From a virus, in IMG/VR virus record IMGVR_UViG_3300037515_000188, positions 1-64,000 of that record: DNA of 64,000 nucleotides; one strand, given 5' to 3'. Below the pieces are notes generated by a model. It saw nothing but the letters and a program-made list of their open reading frames with translations. It had not been told where the DNA came from and made no database searches. Shown here piece by piece: positions 21,513-29,918 of this stretch. The stretch's first letter is position 1; each line of letters opens with the position of its first letter. Both the position numbers and the translations under genes were made by a program.

Positions 21513-21851
21513 ATGTCACATATTTATTCACCACCGCCAGAATTAGGGGAACCCACATTTGATTATAAAGTTGATTATAAAACTAATTTGAAAATGGAAG
21601 AGGAATGGGTTGATAATCTTCGTTCATGGGTTAAAAATGAATTTGGAAATAAAGAATATGTAGGAGAAATTATATGTGATCCTGTAGCTGATGGATATGC
21701 GCAATACATGATCGCAAGCCTGCATCCATTAAAGTTAATACATTTACCTATTGGGGATGCATGGAATTCTAAATGGGCGCATAAATGGAGTGTCAAGGAT
21801 GTAAAATCAATGGTCAATTCTCAAAAAGCATTAAAAGAAATATTCACATAA
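21513..21851 (+). CDS. hypothetical phage protein
   Basis: Promoter, GGAG RBS; GE...PVADGYA.YM motif. Confidence 0.8.
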   Translation: MSHIYSPPPELGEPTFDYKVDYKTNLKMEEEWVDNLRSWVKNEFGNKEYVGEIICDPVADGYAQYMIASLHPLKLIHLPIGDAWNSKWAHKWSVKDVKSMVNSQKALKEIFT

Positions 21852-21871
21852 TAAAATTAGGAATATATAAT

Positions 21872-22099
21872 ATGTCTATCTCTAAGTCTAAATATATTGA
21901 ATCAGGTGGCGCATATTGTCCTCGGTGCGAATCTGTTGAATTATTAGTTTATGATATTCAATCTGATGACGATGGAATTGCAGAGCAATCTATTCATTGT
22001 GAGGATTGTTCTTTAACATGGATTAATGAATATGTATTAACAGATATTAGTTATGCATATGATAATGATACAAGAAAACATATCGAAATAACGGACTAA
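21872..22099 (+). CDS. zinc-ribbon protein
   Basis: CPRC...CEDC...W.NEY; start refined to the ATG after AGGA. Confidence 0.75.
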   Translation: MSISKSKYIESGGAYCPRCESVELLVYDIQSDDDGIAEQSIHCEDCSLTWINEYVLTDISYAYDNDTRKHIEITD

Positions 22100-22103
22100 T
22101 ATA

Positions 22104-22319
22104 ATGAAAATTAAAGATACTAAATTAAATATTGGCGGAGCTTTTAGATGTTGCCTTGAATCTTTTGATACTTATATAGAACAACAAGACGCGGATCATG
22201 AGTATAATGAAGGTGATATCATACCTTGTAAATGGTGTCAGGTTTATGATCCTGAAACGAGTGGTTTAATCTTACATAATGGAACATGGCAATCGCCTAT
22301 TTGGATAGGACTGGAATAA
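22104..22319 (+). CDS. hypothetical protein (Cys-rich)
   Basis: 71-aa ORF in operon. Confidence 0.7.
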   Translation: MKIKDTKLNIGGAFRCCLESFDTYIEQQDADHEYNEGDIIPCKWCQVYDPETSGLILHNGTWQSPIWIGLE

Positions 22320-22323
22320 TATC

Positions 22324-22512
22324 ATGAATGATGAAATCAATATTGCTTTATTTGATGAAGAAACTGGATGGTATGCTGTAACTGATTTTGGAGTAGTATG
22401 GGAATTGTTCAATGATGGTAAACAATTCAATCCTGATTTTGAAAATGAAGCTAATAAAGTTGTAGATTTGATTTTGGAAACTGGTAAACCCCCATTGGGG
22501 GATTGGGTATGA
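22324..22512 (+). CDS. hypothetical protein
   Basis: 62-aa acidic ORF. Confidence 0.65.
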   Translation: MNDEINIALFDEETGWYAVTDFGVVWELFNDGKQFNPDFENEANKVVDLILETGKPPLGDWV

Positions 22513-22513
22513 T

Positions 22514-22587
22514 TGGAGCGGGAAAAGGGAATCAAACCCTTATCATTAGCTTGGAAGGCTAAGGTAATATCATTATACGATACCCGC
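22514..22587 (-). tRNA. tRNA-Gly(TCC), slightly degenerate
   Basis: GCGGGTA...TTAGC-CTTCCAA-GCTAA...GGGTTTGATTCCC..TTCCCGC-T-CCA. Confidence 0.85.
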
Positions 22588-22592
22588 TAAAA

Positions 22593-22668
22593 TGGTACAG
22601 GTTAGGAAGATTCGAACTCCTACTTATTGGTTGGAAGCCAATGGTGCTACCGTTGACACTAAACCTGC
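22593..22668 (-). tRNA. tRNA-Gly(TCC), non-canonical acceptor end
   Basis: GCAGGTT...ATTGG-CTTCCAA-CCAAT...GTTCGAATC...AACCTGT-A-CCA. Confidence 0.8.
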
Positions 22669-22669
22669 A

Positions 22670-22746
22670 TGGAGTTAGGAATGGGACTCGAACCCACATT
22701 TATTCAGTTTTGCAGACTGATGCATAACCAATTCTGCCACCCTAAC
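22670..22746 (-). tRNA. tRNA-Cys(GCA)
   Basis: GTTAGGG...TCAGT-CTGCAAA-ACTGA...GGTTCGAGTCC...TCCTAAC-T-CCA; - strand TTGACA/TATAGT promoter upstream. Confidence 0.92.
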
Positions 22747-22873
22747 AAGTTAATACTATAATATATTTATACAAAATGTCAAGGTATTATTTATATTACT
22801 TGACTTTGTTATAAATATTTAGTAGAATAGAGACAAAGAATTATCTCTTATTCGCAATAGAGAGGATACTGCC

Positions 22874-23227
22874 ATGAAACTTATTACAGTAATTTTGACA
22901 ATAATTTTAACTGCACTGATTGCAAATAGTGCATTTGCGCATGGTCCGTCTAATTATGATAGATACGGAGTTCCATATTATACCTATCCTACTCCAGTAC
23001 CAGTAAATCCATATAGTCATTGTTATAATTGTCCTCCTTACGGTAATTATTATGGACATGGACGAGGACATAGACATGGACATACTGCGCATTATGGACA
23101 AGGTTATTATTATACTCCATATAATACCTATCCTAATCATTATCCACGATCACGTTCTGGACTTGGGATTACAATTTATGATAATAATTTTTCAGGATCA
23201 TTTTATTATTATGAATCAAATCGTTGA
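22874..23227 (+). CDS. secreted Tyr/Gly/His/Pro-rich protein
   Basis: Signal peptide MKLITVILTIILTALIANSAFA. Confidence 0.75.
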   Translation: MKLITVILTIILTALIANSAFAHGPSNYDRYGVPYYTYPTPVPVNPYSHCYNCPPYGNYYGHGRGHRHGHTAHYGQGYYYTPYNTYPNHYPRSRSGLGITIYDNNFSGSFYYYESNR

Positions 23228-23239
23228 TTAATATTAATT

Positions 23240-23506
23240 ATGGAATCAGAATTTGAAGATCAGTCTTGTACAGAAGAGGATGGGTGTCCTACGGAACTAG
23301 CTGTCTTACAAAGATTTTGGAGAGAACAACATCAAATTAAATTGAGTGTTGAAGCCATTTATGTATGTGATGTAGGCGGGAATTATGGCTCACCAAAATT
23401 TAGATGTTCTGGCTGTAATGGGATTGGGTTATCTGGCTCAAATAATCCACTTGAAGATATAAAACATAAATCAAATTGTCCTTATTTGACTCAATCAAAT
23501 TTTTAA
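23240..23506 (+). CDS. hypothetical protein (CxxC...H...CP)
   Basis: 88-aa ORF. Confidence 0.7.
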   Translation: MESEFEDQSCTEEDGCPTELAVLQRFWREQHQIKLSVEAIYVCDVGGNYGSPKFRCSGCNGIGLSGSNNPLEDIKHKSNCPYLTQSNF

Positions 23507-23543
23507 TCTATAATATTTCTTTAAAATATTAAAGAGGACAACA

Positions 23544-23855
23544 ATGAATGATATTAAACAATTTATAGAATTAGATACAAAATTATTTAGAAAATTATTA
23601 AATGCTGTTTCATCTTCTAATATTAATTGGAAAGATATAGCATTTCAATTGGCAGAAACTAATCCTGAATTATTTCTTGAATTAGTTAATTCTAATATAA
23701 CTATTGATTGGGAAACTGAATCCAATAAGTTATTTAAATCTGGTACGGATCGCGTCACTATAATTAGATATGTGACAGAAAATTCAAACATGGGAATGAA
23801 AGAATCTAGGGATTGGGTTGATAAACATCTTTATAAAACAAATATCAGTGAATGA
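23544..23855 (+). CDS. protein with a ribosomal L7/L12 C-terminal-like motif
   Basis: RVTIIRYVTENSNMGMKESRDWVDK resembles KI.AIK.VR..TG.GLKEAK..VE. Confidence 0.6.
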   Translation: MNDIKQFIELDTKLFRKLLNAVSSSNINWKDIAFQLAETNPELFLELVNSNITIDWETESNKLFKSGTDRVTIIRYVTENSNMGMKESRDWVDKHLYKTNISE

Positions 23856-23938
23856 ATTTGTAATAAAAATAGTTGATTTTATTTAATAGTTCGTGTAAAA
23901 TATATACTTAATTTCAATATCTAAATAAGGATTAAATT

Positions 23939-24691
23939 ATGTCTATTAATGTAAAGCGCGTTTTAGCTGAAGCAGATGACGGTAAGACTGTGTGGATGAC
24001 TCCTGCACAAGCCGATGCCCTTTCTGCTCTTGTCGAAATTCAAGCTGGTGGATGTGGAGCACTTCATGGGTATATTCCTACTAGTGGTTATGTGGAACCC
24101 CCAGTAATCAATATTCAAATGCTAACTCGATTCTCGTATAAGAAATTGGTTGAACGAAAGCTTTCTGCATTAGAGACTATTAATTTTGAAAATGTGCAAG
24201 ACGCTATTTCAAAAACTCCTAAATTAGCATCTTTGTCATTAGATGAACAGAAAGAGCAATTTAACATTTGCAAGGATAAAATGCTTGAATCATTGAACAC
24301 TACTCTTTCAGGAGATAGATCAGACTCACACCGTCAAGGACATGATCGTTGCTATGTTCGCTTTTCTTCAGGTGTGAAAGGACATTTGAAAACTGAAAAG
24401 GGAGAAGATAATTTACAGCAACCAATTTTAGTAAATGGATATCCTGTACTGGAATCTATCATGCTTGAGTATCTTGAATTGAATCGTACCATAGTTAAAG
24501 AAGGAGTGCGAAAGGTTGTTAATTCTGGACCTAAAGTCTTAATGGACAATGCAATTAGCACACTGTTAAATAAACGAAGTGTTGGTTTCAAGACTGCATC
24601 ATTGAAAGAAGATAATTTTGAAAAATTGGTTGTGTCTAAACAAGAGTTTTTGCCTGAAAACGTATCACCTGATATTTTAAGTATAGATTAA
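23939..24691 (+). CDS. hypothetical protein, paralog of 45293..46006
   Basis: Shared GYIPT, TRF.Y.KL, GDRSDSHRQGHDRCYVRF, ELNRTIVK.GVRK..NSGP.VLM. Confidence 0.85.
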   Translation: MSINVKRVLAEADDGKTVWMTPAQADALSALVEIQAGGCGALHGYIPTSGYVEPPVINIQMLTRFSYKKLVERKLSALETINFENVQDAISKTPKLASLSLDEQKEQFNICKDKMLESLNTTLSGDRSDSHRQGHDRCYVRFSSGVKGHLKTEKGEDNLQQPILVNGYPVLESIMLEYLELNRTIVKEGVRKVVNSGPKVLMDNAISTLLNKRSVGFKTASLKEDNFEKLVVSKQEFLPENVSPDILSID

Positions 24692-24693
24692 AA

Positions 24694-24784
24694 AATATGT
24701 AGGGAAGGAAGCATAAATTGGATGCGGAAAGAACCTTGCTGGGGACTTGCATAAACATCTGATCTGTTTCCGTCCCTATATATT
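24694..24784 (+). ncRNA. putative structured RNA / long hairpin
   Basis: aatatgtaggga-aggaagca pairs with tgtttccg-tccctatatatt. Confidence 0.35.
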
Positions 24785-24840
24785 TATCTTGCAAATTGCA
24801 ATAAAATATGATATGATATTTTTTCATTTTAAAGATTAAT

Positions 24841-24937
24841 GCGATGTGCAGTCTGGTGACATTCTCGACGGAGAACAGGTAGGTTCGAATCCTACGAGGG
24901 ATAAAAGCATGGTTCGACTCCATGCCACATCGCACCA
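24841..24937 (+). ncRNA. tRNA-like RNA with two T-arms and a 3' CCA
   Basis: GCGATGTG/CACATCGC-A-CCA; T-arms GTAGG-TTCGAAT-CCTAC and GCATGG-TTCGACT-CCATGC; no canonical anticodon arm. Confidence 0.7.
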
Positions 24938-24968
24938 AACATAAGTTAAATCATACGGGATTAAACTA

Positions 24969-25613
24969 ATGTCAAATTTTAAAAATTCTGAAGTAATTAA
25001 TCTTGCTATTACACATTTAGATAAATGGGGACTCTATGATTGGAGGGTAGGAATTATATCTACTAAAAGGCGTCTTGGTTCATGTGATATAAATAATAGA
25101 TGCATTAATATTTCATCTAATCATATTAAATACAGTGATGATGATGCAATAATTGATACCATTCTTCATGAAATTGCTCATGCACTTCATTATATGCATT
25201 ATGTAAATACTAATCGGAAAGATGAATTTAATTCTTATGTACTAAAAAATGGTGGATGGTATAGAAAGGTCAAATTTCATGGACTGGAATGGAAAAGATT
25301 TGCTCGTAAAGTAGGGGCAAATCCAAGTTCAAAAACACCTGCTGATGAGTTAAGAGAGACTATATATAAGTGGAGGGTGGTTATTATTGATGATGATAAT
25401 ATAAAACTAACTAATTCATATTGTCATCGTTTTATATCTAAATTACCTACAAAGATGCTTATTGGTAGACCTGATACTATAGGGAAACTCTTTTTGGTAA
25501 GCAAAACTGATGCTAATAAATTGGAAAATAATAATATGAATGTAATGGTTTATCAAATTCCAAATGTCCCTATCCCATTGCAAACATTTAGTAAACTTAA
25601 TCTGGTAACATAA
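24969..25613 (+). CDS. SprT-like zinc metalloprotease
   Basis: RRLG.C, DTILHEIAHAL, HG.EWK.FA..VGA.P. Confidence 0.85.
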   Translation: MSNFKNSEVINLAITHLDKWGLYDWRVGIISTKRRLGSCDINNRCINISSNHIKYSDDDAIIDTILHEIAHALHYMHYVNTNRKDEFNSYVLKNGGWYRKVKFHGLEWKRFARKVGANPSSKTPADELRETIYKWRVVIIDDDNIKLTNSYCHRFISKLPTKMLIGRPDTIGKLFLVSKTDANKLENNNMNVMVYQIPNVPIPLQTFSKLNLVT

Positions 25614-25860
25614 TGTTACCAGATTTTTGATCAAAATGATTTTGTATTTCTTTTAATTTTGCATCAAGAATATTAGGATTATCATTTATTGTAATAGTTA
25701 CAGCATCATTTAATATAGGAAATGAAATACATAATGTTAACTTTTCATCATGATCAAAAAGAGAATATGCAAGTGCATTAAATGTTGTATTATATATTTT
25801 ATATCGTTCATGTAAAATAACAATATCATGGATTAATTGTAAAAAAGTTTCTGAATTCAT
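25597..25860 (-). CDS. hypothetical protein
   Basis: 87-aa ORF filling a gap. Confidence 0.55.
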   Translation of the reverse strand: MNSETFLQLIHDIVILHERYKIYNTTFNALAYSLFDHDEKLTLCISFPILNDAVTITINDNPNILDAKLKEIQNHFDQKSGNIMLPD

Positions 25861-25909
25861 TTGATATCTCTGTTTTTATAGTATATACTATTTATACTGG
25901 GAGATATTT

Positions 25910-26206
25910 ATGCATATAGGAACATGTGGGCATGAGATAGATAATGAATGGTTTAATGATGCAAGAAGTTGTTACACCATATTGGATAGCATTGGAGTAT
26001 ATTTATACGTTACTACATGTAAAAAGTGTAGACAACAGAATGAAAATGATAGTATAATTGTTGATTCAGATAATATTCCATTTTTATCAAAAATTGATTC
26101 AACATCTATTTTAATTATAACTGATAAAAATGGAAACAAAAAAGTAATATATCTTGATAATGATGAAACGGTAGAACGGAAAAAATTATCAGATTATTTT
26201 CAATAA
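25910..26206 (+). CDS. hypothetical protein
   Basis: GGAG RBS; TCGH...CKKC. Confidence 0.7.
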   Translation: MHIGTCGHEIDNEWFNDARSCYTILDSIGVYLYVTTCKKCRQQNENDSIIVDSDNIPFLSKIDSTSILIITDKNGNKKVIYLDNDETVERKKLSDYFQ

Positions 26207-26224
26207 AATTTATGGAGTCTAATA

Positions 26225-27199
26225 ATGATTAAATTTTCTGAAATTGAAAGTTTTCGACATGTGCTTAAAAATGTAGAACGATATGTGGAATCTACATGTT
26301 CCCCTATTCCAGTGTATGATTATGTTGGAACCGTAAAATTACATGGCAGCAATGCAGGTATCCGTAGAACAATTGACGGCGAATTGATAGCGCAATCCAG
26401 AACAAGAATTCTTGATATTGCATCCGATAATTATGGATTTGCCAAATTTATAAATGATAATAGAGATGCCATTCATGCTTTATTCAATATGTATTTTGAT
26501 ACTAATTCTGATGTAGTTTTATATGGTGAATGGATCGGTAAAGGAATTCAATCGTCCGTAGCTATATCTGAATTGGATAAACATTTTGTATTATTTAGTG
26601 TAAGAATAAATGGTGAATATCAAGATGGATTTATTCCATTCCCGGAATATATTCAAGATAATGAAATTGGAATTTATAATATTTCCCAAATTCCATCATA
26701 TCATTTAACAATTGATTTCTCTAATCCTACAGAGGCATTAGAGGATGCAAATCGTTTTACTCTTGAAGTAGAAGAAGAGTGTCCATGGGGTAAGTTTCGT
26801 GGGGTTACAGGGACCGGAGAAGGCATTGTATGGATTCCTATTCAATGTCCTACTATTTCTGATCTATGGTTCAAGACTAAAGGTGGAAAACATTCTGGTA
26901 AGGATAGAGTTAAAGGAATAAAGGCTTCTATTTCTCCTGAAAAAGCTGAAACCATTGCTCAGTGTTTACATCTTGTTTTGCCGGAATGGCGGTTACAACA
27001 GGGACTTCAAGTATTAGAAGAACGAGGTATTGATATTGATTATCATGCTATTGGTCCGTATTTGAAATGGATCAATCAGGATATATTGAAAGAAGAATCT
27101 GATACCATTTCTGAAAATAATATTGAATGGAAAGAGATTACTAAAGCAATTTCCAGTCATGCTAGGAAATATATTATGGAAATAATTGAGACTTATTGA
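26225..27199 (+). CDS. RNA ligase (Rnl2-like family)
   Basis: Motif I KLHGSN, QSR, YGEW.G, GEGIVW, FKTKG. Confidence 0.85.
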   Translation: MIKFSEIESFRHVLKNVERYVESTCSPIPVYDYVGTVKLHGSNAGIRRTIDGELIAQSRTRILDIASDNYGFAKFINDNRDAIHALFNMYFDTNSDVVLYGEWIGKGIQSSVAISELDKHFVLFSVRINGEYQDGFIPFPEYIQDNEIGIYNISQIPSYHLTIDFSNPTEALEDANRFTLEVEEECPWGKFRGVTGTGEGIVWIPIQCPTISDLWFKTKGGKHSGKDRVKGIKASISPEKAETIAQCLHLVLPEWRLQQGLQVLEERGIDIDYHAIGPYLKWINQDILKEESDTISENNIEWKEITKAISSHARKYIMEIIETY

Positions 27200-27462
27200 T
27201 TATCCATTTTTAATTCTAACCATTTTCGTTTATGTTTTACTTCTTTACTATTATGTTTGCGAATAATTTTTTTTGCTCTGTTTAACCCATGTCCAAATCT
27301 TAAAGGTGAATTAATTCTATTTTTATTCATATCTCTCCTTTATAAATTAACTCTTTCATTATATAATTATCAGAAATTTCAAATTATGTCAATTAAAACT
27401 ATTGAAATTTGAATTAAATTATGATATACTTGTTATTCTTTACATACACATAGAAGTATAAA

Positions 27463-28752
27463 ATGAATAATGAAACCCGCCCCATTCTAATTGGTAAAGG
27501 TGAATCTCTTATTCATCTATTGCCCAATTATGGAAATCGCCATGGTTTAATTACTGGTGCTACTGGTACCGGTAAAACTATTACTTTGCAAGTATTAGCT
27601 GAAGGATTTTCTAATATTGGGGTTCCGGTATTTTTAGCTGATGCCAAAGGTGATTTGGCCGGATTATCATATTCTGGAAATTCACATCCTAAAATAAATG
27701 CGCGAGTACAAAAAATTGGTATTAATAATTTTAAACATTCCGCGTATCCAGTAATATTTTGGGATGTATTCGGAACTAATGGACATCCTGTAAGAACTAC
27801 TATATTTTCACTAGGACCATTGCTACTTTCCACCTTGTTAGAATTGAATGATACGCAAGAGGGAATTTTAAACATTGCTTTTCGTGTAGCTGATGAACAT
27901 GGATTGTTGTTAATTGATATGGACGATTTACGTGCATTATTAAGATTTGTTGCTGAAAATGCGGTTATATTTTCGCAGCAATATGGTAACATAAATGTAT
28001 CTTCTGTAGCATCCATTCAAAGACGGTTGTTAGTGTTAGATCAGCAAGGAGCGGAAGAATTTTTTGGGGAACCTGCAATTAAATTATCAGATATGATTCG
28101 ATGTGATTCTTCGGGTCGTGGTATGATTAATATATTAGTTGCGGATAAATTGATACATAAGCCTAAACTCTATTCCACTTTTTTGTTATGGATGTTGTCG
28201 GAATTATGGGAAACCTTACCAGAAATTGGTGATCCTGATAAACCAATTATGGTATTCTTTTTTGATGAAGCGCATTTATTGTTTAATCATGCACCGAGAA
28301 TATTATTGGATAAGATTGAACAAATAGTGAGGTTGATTCGATCCAAAGGGGTTGGAGTATATTTTGTAACACAAAATCCGTTAGACGTACCAGACGAAGT
28401 ATTAGGACAATTGAGCAATCGTTTTCAGCATGCCTTACGTGCATATACTCCGAGAGACCAAAAAGCAGTACGGGCAGCAGCAACTACTTTCCGCACTAAT
28501 CCTAATATGGATACGGAACGTGCTATACTTGAATTAAGCGTAGGGGAAGCATTAGTTTCAACATTACAAAATGATGGTATTCCAAATATAGTGGATAGAT
28601 GTTTGATATGTCCTCCTACATCGCGTATCGGACCCATTACACTAGAGGAACGCAATAAAGTGTTGTCATGTAGTCCAATTGAAAAACATTATGATACTAC
28701 TATTAATAGGACTTCCGCTACTGAAATTTTATTGCAAAGAAATAAATCTTGA
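27463..28752 (+). CDS. DUF853 / HerA-like ATPase (YjgR-like)
   Basis: NRHGLITGATGTGKT, FFFDEAHLLF, VRLIRSKGVGVYFVTQNP. Confidence 0.92.
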   Translation: MNNETRPILIGKGESLIHLLPNYGNRHGLITGATGTGKTITLQVLAEGFSNIGVPVFLADAKGDLAGLSYSGNSHPKINARVQKIGINNFKHSAYPVIFWDVFGTNGHPVRTTIFSLGPLLLSTLLELNDTQEGILNIAFRVADEHGLLLIDMDDLRALLRFVAENAVIFSQQYGNINVSSVASIQRRLLVLDQQGAEEFFGEPAIKLSDMIRCDSSGRGMINILVADKLIHKPKLYSTFLLWMLSELWETLPEIGDPDKPIMVFFFDEAHLLFNHAPRILLDKIEQIVRLIRSKGVGVYFVTQNPLDVPDEVLGQLSNRFQHALRAYTPRDQKAVRAAATTFRTNPNMDTERAILELSVGEALVSTLQNDGIPNIVDRCLICPPTSRIGPITLEERNKVLSCSPIEKHYDTTINRTSATEILLQRNKS

Positions 28753-28801
28753 CTTAAAACTAAATTTATGATATAGTAGTATTATTCATTTATTACTCGG
28801 G

Positions 28802-29029
28802 ATGCTAAATATCATGGGTGAATTAGATATTACAATTAGTGATCTTGATAAATGTTCTAAATGCAATCGGTATAATCAATTAATATTTCAAAATGCTGAA
28901 GGATGGTGGATTGCATGCGGATATCGCAAATGTAAACATCAGACTGGAATATATGAAGAACTTTTAGACGCCGCAGATATATGGGGTCTTAAAGCAAATG
29001 ATGAAATTTTAGAAATTATTACTGATTGA
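28802..29029 (+). CDS. Cys-rich hypothetical protein
   Basis: CSKC...C...C, W near the C-terminus. Confidence 0.65.
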   Translation: MLNIMGELDITISDLDKCSKCNRYNQLIFQNAEGWWIACGYRKCKHQTGIYEELLDAADIWGLKANDEILEIITD

Positions 29030-29059
29030 ACTAAATTGAATAAATATAATCAAAATCGC

Positions 29060-29087
29060 TTGACATATTTATAAATACGAGTATAAT
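29060..29087 (+). promoter_or_regulatory. sigma70 promoter with an embedded T4-type late box
   Basis: TTGACA-16-TATAAT with TATAAATA in the spacer. Confidence 0.7.
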
Positions 29088-29230
29088 GTCAATATATTCC
29101 CCATGCTTAGATTGATAAGGATGAGGTCAATTAAAATTTCTTATCCCATCCGGAAGGGACCGGTTAGCTACAATAAAAAAGTAATACCCATCTAAAGTAG
29201 CTACGGATGGGACTTTTCAAAGATGATAAT

Positions 29231-29312
29231 ACCGTGAGTTCCACGGGATTTTAAGCCTGCGGAGAACGGAGTTCACTGAATGAAAATTTAGTCAGCCGTT
29301 CGATGAAACAGG
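29231..29312 (+). mobile_element. omega-RNA-like scaffold lacking the element right end
   Basis: Near-identical to 13606-13687, then diverges after GAAACAGG. Confidence 0.65.
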
Positions 29313-29520
29313 TGCTGATCCATTTAGGGGATTAGAATCAATGGTGGTAATAGAACCGCGCGATTGATACAGTTACATTGTTTCAGACAACTCTGGAACA
29401 GATGGTAGAAGGGCATTATGTTCTTCGTGATCATCGGGGGTGTGACATTTTATAGGTTTACCAGCGTCACATCAGGTAAATGCGGCAGGATGGGGCTACT
29501 TACCAACAGTTTTAAGGGTG

Positions 29521-29642
29521 GGTATTGTCATATAATTGGATTGGAAGGCTTGACAAAAATTTAACTGGCGTTACACAGTAAATACAAATCAAGCGACCGT
29601 GACGGGTAAACCGGGATCACATTCAAATCTCGGGACAATATT
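29521..29642 (+). ncRNA. pseudoknotted RNA motif, copy A
   Basis: CTTGACAAAAAT...CGTTAC...TACAAATCAAGCGACCGTGACG.GGTAAACCGG inside a gtattgtc/gacaatat stem. Confidence 0.75.
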
Positions 29643-29673
29643 TACTCCTTATAGGTTTTGTAATATATGCGCG

Positions 29674-29788
29674 AATCGTTGTTCTATGAGGACTTGACAA
29701 AAATCTAATTGGTGTCACCCAGTAGATTACAAATCAAGCGACCGTGACAAGGTAAACCGGGATATTATCAATCTCGGGAACAACGATT
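29674..29788 (+). ncRNA. pseudoknotted RNA motif, copy B
   Basis: Same core with TGTCAC/GTGACA inside an aatcgttgttc/gaacaacgatt stem. Confidence 0.75.
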
Positions 29789-29918
29789 TTAGTTTATTGC
29801 TCATGGTGTAATTTGATTCGATGTCGTAAACTTGAATCTTATCACCATGAGCAATTTTATACTTTCATTTATTGAATTAATATGTTATAATGCTCTTTCA
29901 TAACATGGATTACACAAC

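Larger units (their letters stand above)
29095..29860 (+). ncRNA. ~770-nt ORF-free, highly structured non-coding locus
   Basis: Multiple stems (cccatccg/cggatggg, tagctac/gtagcta, tgtgac/gtcaca, attgctcatggtg/caccatgagcaat), an omega-RNA-like segment and two pseudoknot motifs. Confidence 0.65.

Noticed and set aside
29549-29560. TTGACA in the pseudoknot motif as a -35 box
   Set aside because: There is no -10 at the right spacing in the three copies, and the bases take part in a covarying stem.
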